A stretch of 64,000 nucleotides of DNA from Eledone cirrhosa (GCA_964016885.1 OZ024742.1:240746001-240810000); one strand, 5' to 3'. Shown: positions 14,257 through 30,059, counted from the first letter of the stretch. The notes: generated by a model from the sequence alone, not told the origin. A program made the numbers and translations.

Positions 14257-14598
14257 TTGTATATGCCGTTTTGTTAAAAGATTAAAAAAATAACAAATAA
14301 TTCTAAGAAGTTTACATTTAAATTATTTCATTGAATAATTGGTGCAAAACGTTTTTGAAATTTTGAAGATGAAAAAATAAACATAATATACTGGAGTAAA
14401 ATGTTTATAACAAGTAAATACAATTAAAGCTATAGAATTAATGATTAAAAAGAAAACAGGAAAACATTATTCACTGAATGAAATTGAAAATGACTATAAC
14501 GAATGCAAAATTCGTTATAAATTTTACACTTATATATATATATTTGTATATTTACGTGTATATACATACATATATATATATGTACATATATATGTATA

Positions 14599-14708
<110 letters not shown>

Positions 14709-14972
14709 ATATTATATATAGTATGTATTTTGCATACATCTAGGTACACGATGTGGTTATATAATGCACAAACTATTAATGTGTATGTCCTTGTAAGACT
14801 GCTAGCTGCACGCATATGACAATAAAGTTCTATTTAAGCATGTATGTATATATGAATGTATGTATGTATATATGTATGAATGTATGAATGTATATATGTA
14901 TGTATGCATGTATGAATGTACGTACGTACGTATGTATGGATGTACGTATGTATGTAAGTTCGTATGTATGTA

Positions 14973-15507
14973 TGTCGGGTCACTCTTGAGTGCTACTGGT
15001 AACATGTAACCCAGTACAACCTGTCGCATGGTCGGGTCGTCGGCAACTAAACCGGCTACCACACCAAGTTTACTTGGTGAAGAGGGTGATTTTGGACACC
15101 CTGTAGGACAAAAAACAAAACCTGACAAAGAGCGGAAGAACTCATAAAAGTCAACGGCCATCCGAAAATGTAAATATGTATATACACATGTACCGCGCCG
15201 TTAAACCACTGGGAATGAAGGATCCCTAGCCTTTGTCAGAGCATTCTTCTAGGAGAAGGCAACTCAGGAAACTGGGATAACTCCGATATAAAACCTGCGG
15301 CTCAATAGTTACCGATGATGTTGATCTTTTCTTCTTTTCGGGTTACAGCTACTGTCGCTCAGAGAGTAGGATTGGCTCAGTGCATAGTCTGTCCTCACTT
15401 TAAAAAATATCTTCACGCACAGGCATTGCACGACAGAATTAATTAACAATTATTAATAATGGTATATCGTGCAATGGCCATACTCGATAACGAGGGAGCA
15501 GCCATCA
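14973..15507 (+). mobile_element. SINE-like repeat (possibly RTE-associated/Ceph-domain type); inverted copy at 41403-41783
   Basis: High similarity between ~15130-15507 and the reverse complement of 41403-41783; motifs ctaggagaaggcaactc and cactttaaaaaat..gcacaggc; classification tentative. Confidence 0.6.
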
Positions 15508-15670
15508 TGTATGTATGTATGTATACATGCATGCGTGCAAGCGTACATGCATGTATGCATGTATGTATCTATGTATGTATGTATGTATGTATGTATGTAT
15601 GTATGTATGTATGTATGTATGTATGTATGTATGTATGTATGTATGCTGCATGCATGCATACGTGCATGTA

Positions 15671-16558
15671 CGAGGTGGGTCAAAAAAGTTCCAGGACTGA
15701 TGTCACAAAAGATTTATTTCAAACCCAAATTTCACATTAAAAGTTTTCTCCTTCAAAGTAATCTCCCTGGAGTCTAATGCATCTTTTCCATCCTTTTCTG
15801 CCACGCTTGTGTGCACTCCTGGAAGGATTCTTCCGGGATCCTCCGCAGTTCTGTCGTCACGAACTTTTTGATGTCGTCCACGTCTTCAAAACGGGTCCCC
15901 TCCGAGACGTACTCGAAGATCCATGACTCATCACCGGTGATGACTGTCCCTAGCAAGTCTGGTTCGGTTTCAAGGCGCTTCAGGATGTCCTGGCACACTT
16001 GCATGCGTCGATCCTTCTGGTCATCGTTCAGCAGTTTTGGCACCATCTTCGCGCAGACTTTCCGCATGTCCAAATCTTCAGTGCGAATCATCCAGACGCT
16101 GTCCCGATTCATGCCCAGCTCATTTGCCATCAGTCGAACAGTCAGCCGACGATCGCTACGCACCATCTGCCTGACGCGTTCAACGTTGACCTCAGTCCTG
16201 GTTGTTGAGGGCCTTCCGCTCCTGGGGTCATCTTGCACCACTCAAAAACACGTGAGCGTGACATCGTCTCATCTCCATACATTTGCTGCAGCAATGCCAG
16301 TGCTTCTGACGGAGTTTTCCACAACCGTACCAGAAACTTCAAGTTTGTTCGTTGCTCTGTGCCCATTGCTTGACGACCTGAAGCAGAGGACATGTATATA
16401 AAATTATGAAGAAAAAAAGTTTGATCGCTGCAGAGAGCTAAGATTACAGTTACATACTCCAGGGGGATTACTTTGAAGGAGAAAACTCTTAGTGTGAAGT
16501 TTGGGTTTGAAATAAATCTTTTGTGACATCAGTCCTGGAACTTTTCTGACACACCTCG
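15671..16558 (-). mobile_element. Internally deleted mariner with ~105-bp TIRs and TA flanks
   Basis: TA-cgagg...cctcg-TA; EQRTNLKF, SRSRVFEW, DDPRSGRP, CAKMVPKLL, ITGDESWIFEY, then a jump to GTRFEDV..GDYFEGENF*; catalytic core deleted. Confidence 0.92.
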
Positions 16559-16978
16559 TATGTATGTATGCATGCATGTATGTATATATATATATATGTG
16601 TGTGTGTGTGTATGTATGTATATATGAATGCATGCGTGCGTGCATGTATGTATGTATGCATGCATGCGTGCATGTATGTATGTATGCATGCATGTATGTA
16701 CGTATGCATATGTGTGTATGTATGTATATATGTGCGTGTGTATATATGTATGCATGCATGCGTGCGTGTATGTATGTATGTATGTATGTATGTATGTATG
16801 TATGTATGTATGTATGTATGTATGTATGTATTATGCATGCTTCCTGAAATAAAAGTGATGGTTTCTAACAAAGGAACAAAGCTTCATCGGTTAGAAAAGT
16901 CTTGCATATTTTTTACTGTTCCTCTAACAAATTGAATTTGTAAAGTGTGAATTAGTTGGAATGTGTAATTGCCTGAAA

Positions 16979-17095
<117 letters not shown>

Positions 17096-17246
17096 TGTTG
17101 TGCGTGTGTGTGAGATAGATAGATAGAGAGAGAGTGTGTGAGTGTTTGTGTGTTTGTGGGTTTATACAAATCTGTTCATAGACATTCATAATGCAAAAGG
17201 TCGAGTATTATATTCATCTGTCATGGCATTATTTATTGTGAGATAT

Positions 17247-17470
17247 AGGGCAGTGGGTTGGCAGTATCGGCAGAGGCTCGGACACCATGCTTTGCAGCAT
17301 AGAGTTACGGCCCTTTATGATCTGAGTTCAAATCCCGTCGAGGTTAACGTTGCCTTTTATCCTTACGGGGTCGATAAAATAAATTACCAGTCACGCACTG
17401 GAGTCAATTTAATCGACTTTCCCCTCCCCCAAAATTGCTGGCCTTGTGCCTATATAAGAAACCATTATTT
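17247..17470 (+). mobile_element. tRNA-derived SINE S1, full length
   Basis: A-box-like tggcagtatcgg, B-box gagttcaaatcc, core gccttttatccttacggggtcgataaaat, 3' gctggccttgtgcc. Confidence 0.85.
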
Positions 17471-17730
17471 ATTGCGAGATAAATCCACTCCATGGATATG
17501 ACGCTAGACTAGTTTGTATGATTTTGCGCCGGTAGAGCTGAACTGTCTACATTTTACAGTGCTGCTGTATACATACTTCTGAGAATTAGAACTATGGAGG
17601 ATCTCATGTGATAAGTCTATAAACAGAGACCATAAAATGAAATCTTCTAAACTGTAAAATATATGGTTATTAGATTACCAGCACATACCATACATATACA
17701 GTATGACCTACTAAAAGTATAACAATATAT

Positions 17731-17766
<36 letters not shown>

Positions 17767-17773
<7 letters not shown>

Positions 17774-18108
17774 ATCAAAAGATGGTTAAAAGAGTTCCAT
17801 GTATTTTATTATGCGTATTTCAAAAACAAATATCATGATGCAATAACATTTGTGTTTTCATCAGATAAAATAGGAAGACATGATATGAAGGTTAAAAAAC
17901 ACTTGTGGATAGTGCAGTTTTAAATCAACATATCAACATATAATATCAACATATTGAAATGCGCATAATAAAATACATGGAACTCTTTTAACCATCTTTT
18001 GTTCTTATATATTATGTATACTCCAGTCCTACAAATTGTAGAGTGCTTCTTATCCGATATCTGCATTGCTTTATTGTACTACAATAAAACTCACCTCCTA
18101 CATTATTT
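17767..18108. mobile_element. Fold-back PLE-type insertion with hammerhead (17802-17872 minus)
   Basis: Arms 17767-17823 / 17954-18011 and tail to 18108; minus strand tattttat CTGATGA..stem II..GAAA tacgca TA ataaaata. Confidence 0.8.
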
Positions 18109-18121
18109 ATATATATATATA

Positions 18122-18301
18122 TAAGTAGTAACACAACAGTTAGTTCACCATACCGAAAACAATTGTTTCACCTTATGCAGATCTTCAGAATTGTTCTCGG
18201 TATGGTGAACTAACTAACTAACTGCTGTGTTACTAAATCTACCTAACTCCTCCCATGGACTGAGTGCTCTACCACTACGGATATTACCTTCCAATGTTCT
18301 A

Positions 18302-18304
<3 letters not shown>
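18122..18304. mobile_element. Fold-back insertion of the same family as the 11.9-12.1 kb PLE end
   Basis: Inverted arm containing CTGAAGA..GAAA caattg TT; forward arm and tail match 12040-12135. Confidence 0.8.
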
Positions 18305-18380
<76 letters not shown>

Positions 18381-18384
<4 letters not shown>

Positions 18385-18518
18385 CGAAAGAAATGTGGTA
18401 AGGAACCAGATGGACCATAACGCACCAAAGTACTCAATACTTAGGGTAGTAGAGTGGGTAATAGGAACGAGTAGGACCCCGACGGCTGAGCTCAAGCCGT
18501 TTCGACGGGTAATTCTGT
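18381..18518 (-). mobile_element. Mini-element family A (single arm plus tail)
   Basis: Near-identical to 39291-39423 and to the reverse complement of 45691-45825. Confidence 0.85.
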
Positions 18519-18608
18519 ATATATGCAGAGTTTGGTGGTTGGTGGTTGACGGAGGGTCGGAAGCCATGCTTTCCAGCATAGAGTTATGTCCCTTTACGAT
18601 CTAAGTTC

Positions 18609-18667
<59 letters not shown>

Positions 18668-18784
18668 ATATATATATGTATATATAATATAAACAAGTGT
18701 AGCACAAAGTGAATTATAGACTCTTCAGCAAGGAGTGACAGAAAGCATACATTCTTGATATACATAAACAAAATCTTATCTATC

Positions 18785-20522
<1,738 letters not shown>

Positions 20523-20527
20523 TATAC

Positions 20528-20558
<31 letters not shown>

Positions 20559-20989
20559 AATGGCTTATATATATATATATATATATATACATACATATGC
20601 ACATATATATATATGTGAGTGCGTGTGTTCGTTCGTTTAAATAAAGCTTTTATGTTTTTATTGATAGCTTAATCAACAATGGATTCGATTTTCTGCAATC
20701 CAGCTAAAGTTTGCTAGAGGATAGAAATACCTAGCTAGCAACTCGTGTGGTTTAATTATCCGATCGAAAGTCTTAATTACTGAGTTTAGATGAAGACTAA
20801 GTAATCATGAAGATTACATGATTTATTCAAGCATGGCTAACACCCAGTTTACCTAAAGTATACTAGTAATTGGTTCGTCAATTATGAAATTTGTAGACAT
20901 TTTCTTTTTTTTCTACAAATTTCTACAAATTTCATACTTGACGACCTGCTCGTCGTATTGTAATGCCTACGCCATTTTTATTAATAAAA

Positions 20990-21470
20990 ATGGATTGGCA
21001 ATGTCGGTAGAGAGTCGGACGCCATGCTTCCCAGCATAGAGTTACGTGCCTTTAGAGACTGAGTTCAAATCCTGCCGAGGTTAACTTTGCCTTTCATCCT
21101 TACGGAGTCGATAAAATAAAAGTACCAGTAATGTACTGGATAATTGCTGGCCTTGTGCCAAAAGTAGAAACAATTATTATGTCTATATAAGGCGGTGAAT
21201 TGACAGAGTCGTTAGAACGTCAGATAGAATGCTTTGAGTTCTGGCTCTTTGCTCTCCGAGTTCAAATATCGCCTAGATTAACTTTGCCTTTCATCCATTC
21301 GAGGTCGATAAAAACGTACCAGTCAAGTACTGGGGACAATTTTTTCCTTTATATCTCTTTCTCACTTCCCTTCTCTCACTCTCTATCCTTCTCCGGAAGA
21401 AATCTGCTGTTTTCAGAGCTGGAGAAGGGATTGGCTCCGCCAGGTTTTAAAATGCTGTTATCAAACCGTA
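20990..21470 (+). mobile_element. Two tandem S1-type SINEs; the second has an alternative 3' tail
   Basis: Two B-box plus core units; the tail of the second is shared with 49537-49810. Confidence 0.8.
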
Positions 21471-21789
21471 TGTATGTTTATTAAACATAAACATGTCATA
21501 TATACTTTTATATACACCTCTATTATGAACCATCTTATGATAGTGCTACTGATAATTAATCCTAGCCCATCAAGTTCACACTATATGCATCTCCAGCAGA
21601 TGTTTCATACATAAAAAGTATATAAACTGTAGCTTATTCTTGTCCTTGAACCAAATGAGTAATCGTCACACCTGTCTGGCGTTCTCACACGGCTGCTGGA
21701 ACAGCTGTGACAGGATCACTTCTTAAAACACTCATTGTGAGACTTTTCTGTATATTATACATGCACAAATCGTATATGCCTTCATATAG

Positions 21790-21985
21790 ATAATAGTTTC
21801 TGCTTTTGGCACAAGGCCAGCAATTATCCCAGTGCATTACTGGTACTTTTTTTATCGACCCCGTAAGGATGAAAGGCAAAGTGAACCTCGTCGGGATTTG
21901 AACTCAGACCGTAAAGGGACATAACTCTATGCTGGAAAGCATGGCGTCCGACCCTCCGTCAACCACCAACCACCAAACTCTGCAA
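21790..21985 (-). mobile_element. SINE S1 with variant head
   Basis: S1 core on the minus strand; head gcagagtttggtggttggtggttgacggaggg also seen at 18526-18610. Confidence 0.8.
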
Positions 21986-22789
21986 TCTTATTTTAATATA
22001 ATACAATGGGGTGTACTTAATATTTTGTACTTATTGGAGAATATGCTCCAGTTTATTTTGTTATAAATGATATATTGTAGCTTTTCACCCTGTTATTTCT
22101 TTTTGCAGTAAAATATGTGTTGTAGCTCTAATGTAGCCGATGACTCCTTGTAGAAGTCATTGATCAACATTTTGCATTTATGTTTGGAAAGTAAACGACT
22201 TTCTCTTCTCTACTCTATCAAGAATTTACTCCACGACCTGTAAGCTGGAAACTGCTTGTTTAGGATAACGGTTGGTTTACGGTAACGCATTTCTAGAGGT
22301 GATTTAGTTTGTTTTGGGTCAATGACTGCCAAGGGATCATGACCTGCAAGAAATGACTTTGGTCATTTACAATCAGAAAAACACGTTTGGACATTTTTCT
22401 GAGAAATTTAGGGAAGTACCTGTGGTCTCGTTAATGTAGAGAACTGAGTCGATAGGATACTGGATAACCACATGAGGGATTAACAGTTTGAATTCTGGCC
22501 TCGACTCTACATTGTGTTTGTTTCTAATACACTAGGCTTTCAACGAACTAAATTCACCTCGTTTTAAGTGTGATGGTAATATTGAAATGTGGTCGTGAGA
22601 GTATTATAGATCACCTGACTGTAACTACACTCCATAGACTGGTGTAATTCACCTAGCTTTAAGTAGGTTGGTTTAGTTCAACAAGCTCTATGTAGGTGAA
22701 ATAGAATGGTATAGTTCGCATAGCATTTAGTATGCACCAGGGTGAGTGTAGATTATCTAGCTCTAAATATGTACTACAAAGGGGTATCC

Positions 22790-23015
22790 TTTTTATTTAA
22801 ATAAACAGATACACACGAACAAACCAACGCAACCTCTAAAACCCCAAACAGTACAATAAAAAAAAGAAGTGCCCCAAAACGGAGAGAAATGAAACAAAAT
22901 GGGGAGATTTTACATAAAGGAAGATATACCAATTTTTACAAGAGAAGGCATCCCTCACCCACACCAAAGTGGGTGGAAAATCTCCTCATCGGACTGGGAG
23001 AGTTAACAGGTCTCA
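22790..23015. repeat. Dispersed repeat, probable DNA-transposon terminal fragment (inverted relative at ~31662-31830)
   Basis: gtgccccaaaacggagagaaat..aaaatggggagattttacataa..caccca..ccaaagt.ggtgg is shared in opposite orientation. Confidence 0.55.
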
Positions 23016-23459
23016 AATGTATTTTCCGCCACACAAATACATACAGAACGAAGAAAGGAAAATGATAAGTGTGATGTTAAATCGTGTTGCTTAGAAAAGG
23101 AACATGTAATTAAAAGGCTCGGGCTGTGGTCATATTCAAAGGCAAACTCGCTTCAGCTGCGTTAAAGTGAATTAAGAAATCTAAAAAGTAAAAAAAAAAC
23201 AAAACAAATCTGATGTCAACTTCTATCAAATATGTAAATTTCTATGAAATATGTAAATTTCCAAGATTTGCCATTCGCCGATGGTTCTCAATGAATTGCT
23301 GTCGCTGATTCTTCTGGAAATCAGCAATAAATGCCAGGTAATAGATATTTAGAACAAATGCTAGCAATAGAGATTGAGAACAGAAAGCGAAGTAAATAAT
23401 CCGAAATACCTTTACAGTTATGTAGGTTTTTACTTATAGACTTTAATTGACTAAATTAA

Positions 23460-24020
23460 ATGTTTCTACTTTAGGCACAAGGCCAGCAATTACCCAGTGC
23501 ATTACTGGTACTTTATTTTATCGACCCCGTAAGGATGAAAGGCAAAGTAAACCTCGGCGGGATTTAATTGACTAAATTAAATAACGTTTCGAATGAATAT
23601 TTTAGCATGTTTATAGAACGTTAAAAATAATTGTTTCTACTTTTGGCACAAGGCCAGCAATTACCCAGAGTATTACTGGTACTTTATTTTATCGATCCCG
23701 TAAGGATGAAAGGCAAAGTCAACCTCGGCGGGATTTGAACTCAGATTGTAAAGGGACGTAACTATGCTGGAAAGCATGGCGTCCGACCCTCTACCGATAC
23801 TGCCAATCCAACGTTAAAAATAATGATTTCTACTAATAGACACAAGGCAAGACATTTTTTTAAGGGAGGAGAAAGTCAATTAAATCGATCCCAGTGCATT
23901 ATTTTATTGACCCCGGAAGGATGAGACAGGCAAAGCTAATATTGGCGGGAGTTGAACTAAGTATGTAAAGAGCCAAAACTCTATGCTACAAAGCATGTTG
24001 CCTACTGCCAATCCATCCCC
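23460..24020 (-). mobile_element. Cluster of three S1 SINE copies or fragments
   Basis: Repeated ggcacaaggc..tcgaccccg.aaggatga..ggcaaag cores. Confidence 0.8.
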
Positions 24021-24276
24021 CTCAGAATGTTGAAAATAATAACTGCAATTTCGTCAAATCATGTCCTAAAAGTTTAGGAGCAAAACATAATGATTATTAA
24101 GTATATTTCACGATAGACTAATTTCTTTTCAAGACTATCACCACATTCACCAGTTTCATCCAGTCGTAACACCCTCCTCCACATACAGACATACATACTC
24201 ACATAATACACACATTTATAGTAAAAGATATCTGATAAAAACACACACACATGCATATGATTATATTTAAACTGGA

Positions 24277-24600
24277 ACTCCATCGGTTACGACGATGAAT
24301 GTTCCAGTTGACACGATCAACATAACTGCCTTCTCGTGAAATTAACGTGAAAGTGGCTGAGCATTCCACAGACACGCGCACCTTAAATGTAGTTTTCAAA
24401 GAGTTTCAGCTGGACTTAGAATGTGACAAGGCTGGCCCTTTCGAATTACAGGTACAACTCATTTTTACCAGCTGAATGAACTTGAGCAATGTGAAGTTAA
24501 GTGTCTTGTTCAAGGACACAACGCGCCGCCGGGAATCGAACTCACGACCTCGTGATCGCGGGCCGAATCACCTAACCTCTAATCCATGCACCTTCACATA
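24277..24600 (-). mobile_element. Second tRNA-derived SINE family (S2)
   Basis: Minus strand: tRNA-like head with B-box gagttcgattccc, then gtgtccttgaacaagacactt; 3' part shared with 33515-33860; head fragment at ~51810-51950. Confidence 0.75.
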
Positions 24601-24682
24601 TACTCATATATGATGTTACAAACATAAACAACAACAAACACTCACACTTTTGCATCCATACATTTATATGGAGTGTTTACTT

Positions 24683-24796
<114 letters not shown>

Positions 24797-25489
24797 ACAC
24801 ACATATATATATACAATATAAACATTTCTACTGAACCAGCAGACTGTTATTACATATTCGCAATATCAATACACATTCAGTCCACCTTTGAAAATATAAT
24901 ATTTATTTCGTTGCAGTTTTTACTTCTCAAACTATAAATTACCTGCATATTGATGTTCTAAAAAAAAAACACAAAAAAAAAACAAAAACACACAAGCAAA
25001 CAAACAAACAAACAAACAAAAACAATAAATGAAAAAATTAAAACAAAACAAAACCAACAACTATAACAAATAACAATTTAAAAAAAACATGCCGATAAAC
25101 TATTTATTTACAACAGCTGAAAGTAACATTTTACAGTCTAAAATCTCATTAAAATAGTTTGTATAAAGAGAAGGGACATTACCACAAAAATAAAACCTGA
25201 TGAAGACAGACAACTGGGTGAGTCTAGTGTGGTAATGTTTGGTTTCAATTGTTTTGGGCCGAAGTAAAAAAAAAACATCTTAAGGTCACATTTTTGTTGG
25301 TTCCTGCTATACATGAGGTCGACATTTTCGCTATGTCTTGTTCATAAGTTGTGGCAATGTAGGGATTCTCAGTATCTTTAATTGAGAGGATTAATTTTAG
25401 TATTTTAAATGAAGCTAAGTTTGCATTGAGTAAAATCCGGAACCGCGGAAACTACTGAAGTTTATAGAAGAATGTTATACATTTTCGTT

Positions 25490-25733
25490 TTCACAGCTCC
25501 GAAACTATGGGCATGTAGTTAGAATGTCTCAGGAAAGAATCGCTGGGCAGATTTTACGTGCAAAAACCAACCTTCAAGAGACCTAGGGGTAGACCCTGAG
25601 CACAATGGTTGGATAACATCCATGAGCTTGGCTGGTCCCGCTTGGGGATCCAAGAAGAAGAAGAAGAAGAAGAAGAAGAAGAAGAAGAAGAAGAAGAAGA
25701 AGAAGAAGAAGAAGAAGAAGAAGAAGAAGAAGA
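25490..25733 (+). mobile_element. RTE-type LINE 3' fragment followed by (GAA)n
   Basis: Translates KRPRGRP*AQWLDNIHELGWSRLGI, then ~27 GAA units; related fragment at 30270-30490 (minus). Confidence 0.6.
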
Positions 25734-26439
25734 CATGAGATGTTATTACTTCTTCCTTGGATCATCAAGTACACAGAAAATACATTTGGGATTGATTAGC
25801 AGCAAATACCTAACCGACAATGTTTTTATTAAAGTAATCACTGTGAAAAGAATCGGCATTCTTGTGAAATATGAAAAAGTTAGTTTAAGTTATAATGTCA
25901 CTTTTTACGACAACCGTTTGTATACAGTTTACACACTGAAGCACCAGACCTTTTACCATGTTTATCCACAAATTTCTTCAGTGCGACATTATGTGAGAAT
26001 CTGTTGTATGATGTCCGGTGGTGAATTAAATTGCTTGTAAAATATATTAAAACTAAACAGGATTTAACTCTGTTACTTCCTTTGGAAGATTGATACTAAT
26101 TAAATTTTTCTTTCTGGTTTGTAAGAGGTGAACAGAAATTTATATTTACATGTTGCATTTAATTGAGAATGAAATCGAGTTGATGAGAATGTTACACTAA
26201 CATTTAATTCAGATAGGGTGACGTTGATGCAGATGTTATTTGAACAGCTTTTATATACTCCAATACGTCACAAATATCAGTTTTTTTAACAGGAAATGCG
26301 ATTTTGAAAAGTGATGTGATTTGCTTTAACATTTAATTGATTTTGGTAACTGTTCATTACGAACATTTTTATATATATTCAGATAAGCAGGTGTGAATGT
26401 ACACCTTCGTATATATATATAAACAGATATATATATAAA

Positions 26440-26493
<54 letters not shown>

Positions 26494-26654
26494 CACACAC
26501 ATATATATATATATATATCCTTTATATTTGTTTGTGTCTTTCGTTACCATGCAAAATCGAATTATTGACGAGAGAAGTACACGATCTATTGCAGTAAATC
26601 AATGAAAAATTTATAAATTTGCTTAATCAACAGAATTAAATCGATTAACACTGA

Positions 26655-26715
<61 letters not shown>

Positions 26716-26776
26716 AACATGCGCGCGCGCGCGTATAAGTGAACATGAATGCACATGTACATTGACGCATATATAT

Positions 26777-26825
<49 letters not shown>

Positions 26826-26934
26826 CGTCAATGTGCATAAATACTCACACGCAGGCACACACATACACCCCACAGTATATATATATATATATATATATAT
26901 AAATATTTACACATACACCAATTAAACAAAGTCA

Positions 26935-27163
26935 CAGGTATATATGTGTTTTGGCAACTATTCACGATGTGGCTCAATGAAGAATTAATAAATTAAACAA
27001 TCAGAGCCAAATACTATAGAGTAAAGCATGTCCAGAGAATTATTTGATAATATATATACATCATATATATACATTTTTTGTGTGGTTAATTATGCTGATT
27101 GGGAGTAGAGATGATGTGTATATATTATCAAATAATTCTTTGGACATGCTTTACTCTATAGTA
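26935..27163. mobile_element. Fold-back insertion (arms 27013-27065 / 27111-27163, putative tail on left)
   Basis: tactatagagtaaagcatgtcca..attatttgataatata and its reverse complement, ending in (TA)n. Confidence 0.7.
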
Positions 27164-27735
27164 TATATATATATATATATAACCAAATGAAAAATGAAAA
27201 AGATATACATATATACAGAGAGAGTAAGAGCCATATATCGTGTAAGAAACACAGTATATTGTATATACCAAATACATATTCTATAGAAGAATATGTACAC
27301 ATGTAGAATCATAAGAGAAATCTTATAGCGCTATTTCATACCTGGAGAGTGTAGCTCAAAATCAATTTATGTAATCGATCATCGAAAAAATGAATTAATA
27401 TAAACGATCATGGAAGACAAACTATCGATTATAATTAAACCACATAAGACTCAGATACTCTTCATAGGTTATTCTCACCATTCGAAGAGAAATATAGAAT
27501 GAAGATGGTAAATAAGACATGCCAATATCCATAGAGATGTCTAACGCAACCCTCTTGCTGAAAACCACATGGTGAAATCACATTAAACCCAAGGCAAATA
27601 GATATCAACAGGGTGGACGTTAACTCCGCTAGAAATAGAAGCAGGGATTATAGTTACCGAGCTCAACAAGTTAAGAGATTTAGAGCCGTTAAATACAAAA
27701 TAATGATTCTTTTTCATTTGGTTATTATGACTCTA

Positions 27736-27926
27736 GATAATTGTTTCTGCTTTTGGCACAAGGCCAGCAATTACCCAGTACATTACTGGTACTTTATTTT
27801 ATCGACCCCGTAAGGATGAAAGGCAAAGTTAACCTTGGCAGGATTTGAACTCAGACTGTAAAGGGACGTAACTATGCTGGAAAGCATGGCGTCCGCCCCT
27901 CTACCGATACTGCCAATCCACCGCCC
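27736..27926 (-). mobile_element. SINE S1, full length
   Basis: Canonical S1 head, B-box and core. Confidence 0.85.
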
Positions 27927-28010
27927 TTATGACTCTAGATAATGTCTATTGAGCTTGCTTATTGAGAAACACAAAATTCTAACATATTTGATATGGCTTG
28001 ATTCATTAGT

Positions 28011-28051
<41 letters not shown>

Positions 28052-28088
28052 TAAATAATGTCCTTAGAATTATTAGATAAAATATATA

Positions 28089-28182
<94 letters not shown>

Positions 28183-28434
28183 CAGGGCCTTTCTGATGAT
28201 TTCATACGAATGAAACAGTTCTAGTCTTATATATATATAATAAAGATGCCTATACACAAACTGAGGTTATCCCTCACCTCTCGACACAACTCGGGAATCT
28301 ACATATATCGACAGGTGTATGGAAGAATAAAAGGTAAATTCGAACTCGGCATAATTTGAAATAGAATATAAAGGAGCACAACTAAATTACAGAAGTGATT
28401 CTGTTCAACGCTCTACAGATTTCACAATATTTTC

Positions 28435-28950
28435 ATGGCCTGCACCCACTGTCATACCGCCAGAGCACAGGCCGGTTCCCTAGACATGACGCTCTCAACT
28501 ACATATTGAGAAAGAGCCTGGATGCAGCTGGCTTCCCGTCACAACTAGAGCCAATAGGCCTCGATCGTGGTGACGGCAAGCGGCCCCGACGAAATTACCC
28601 TCTTTCCATTCGAAGGAAGTAAAAACCTCATTTGGGACGCCACATACTGTGATATGTTCTCCGCCCCCAACTTAGTCACTTCGGCCACAAACTCCGGTAC
28701 CACGACACGCAATGCAGAGGGCAGGAAAACAAGCATATACTGGGACTTGTCCGACCGCTTTCTCTCCGCACCGGTCGCAGTCAAGACCTCAGACATCCTC
28801 GGATACTTTACTGCCGAACTCCTCAGAAAAGTCGGATTGTCAGCAGCTCGTCTGAAGAAGGAACTCCGCGAGGGGGTGGGGATGGTTGTTTCAGTGGCTG
28901 TCGCTGGCTATTCTCTGCGGAAATACCTTTGCAGTTTTGTCCTCAGAGGA
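28435..28950 (+). pseudogene. CRE-clade-like non-LTR retrotransposon 3' fragment (RLE domain)
   Basis: [23 protein letters not shown] / [40 protein letters not shown] across frameshifts. Confidence 0.78.
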
Positions 28951-29482
28951 CAACCCAAATACCACCCCGCCCAGACATAGAGCCTGTCACCCTCTTCCCT
29001 TCCCCCTCTTTTTCTTCCTTGGCCTCCTACCCCTTGCTCTTGCCCTTTTTTTTATTCTCATTTATGGCATTTATAACCCTTTCTCCCACTTTCCTATACA
29101 GTTAGATCTACCCTTCTTTACTCAACCCCTTCTGTTCGTTGCTTGGTCCATTTTTATCTTTATTTTCTTTTTCCTTTCATATTTCCATCAATATTTGCAA
29201 TGCTATTTATACAACTGTAAATTAATTTATTGTCTGTAATTCTCTGAAATTCAAAATATAATAAGGATTGCTTATTAAAAATAAGCTAACTATTAATCCA
29301 GTATACCATTAAAGCACACGCCGACTACCCAACCTCGAAAATACTACTGAATGGCTATTTCATTCGATCAGAGTTGAATCATATTCGTTTCTCAGTAAAT
29401 TCTATCGTTAAAATCCTGGTAAATTAAAAAAAAATCTAGACGTAGCGATAGTGAAAAAAATCAATTTATTTCAATGACTTAA

Positions 29483-29574
<92 letters not shown>

Positions 29575-30059
29575 GCCCCCCCCAAACATGTGAGTACATA
29601 TCAAAGAATTCAATAAATGGCGTTATATCAGTGTTTGTATCTCTGTGTGTGTGTGTATGTGTATGTGTGTGTGTGTATGTAGGTATGCATGCATGTATGT
29701 ATGTATGTATGTATGTATGTATGTATGTATGTGTGTGTGTGTGTGTGTGCATGTGTATGTTAGCGTGCACGCGTGTTTCTGCCTGTCTGAGCGTCCGTCA
29801 GTCCGACGCTTCTTCTTTCGTAAATAAACCAAATTAATTCTATAGTTAATGAGAAGCCGCTTCTTGTTTTTCAATGATTTTTCTATCGTTAATTTATGGC
29901 TTAAGATTAAGGATTCTGCTGATGCGTTTCATTACCCTCACTTTTCTAATAATTATCAGTGTATCAGCTGCACAAACTACAATATTTATTGCTGAAAATT
30001 ATGTGGTAAAACTGTTTAGATTTTGTCTTAATTTGCCATTTGATCTTCAGTTCACTGAC

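Noticed and set aside
17247-17345. tRNA genes at A/B-box motifs
   Set aside because: No cloverleaf; the motifs are SINE heads followed by the SINE core
21685-21750. Possible minus-strand terminal exon (KSLTMSVLRSDPVTAVPAAV*)
   Set aside because: Weak acceptor, no recognisable homology and no supporting upstream exons
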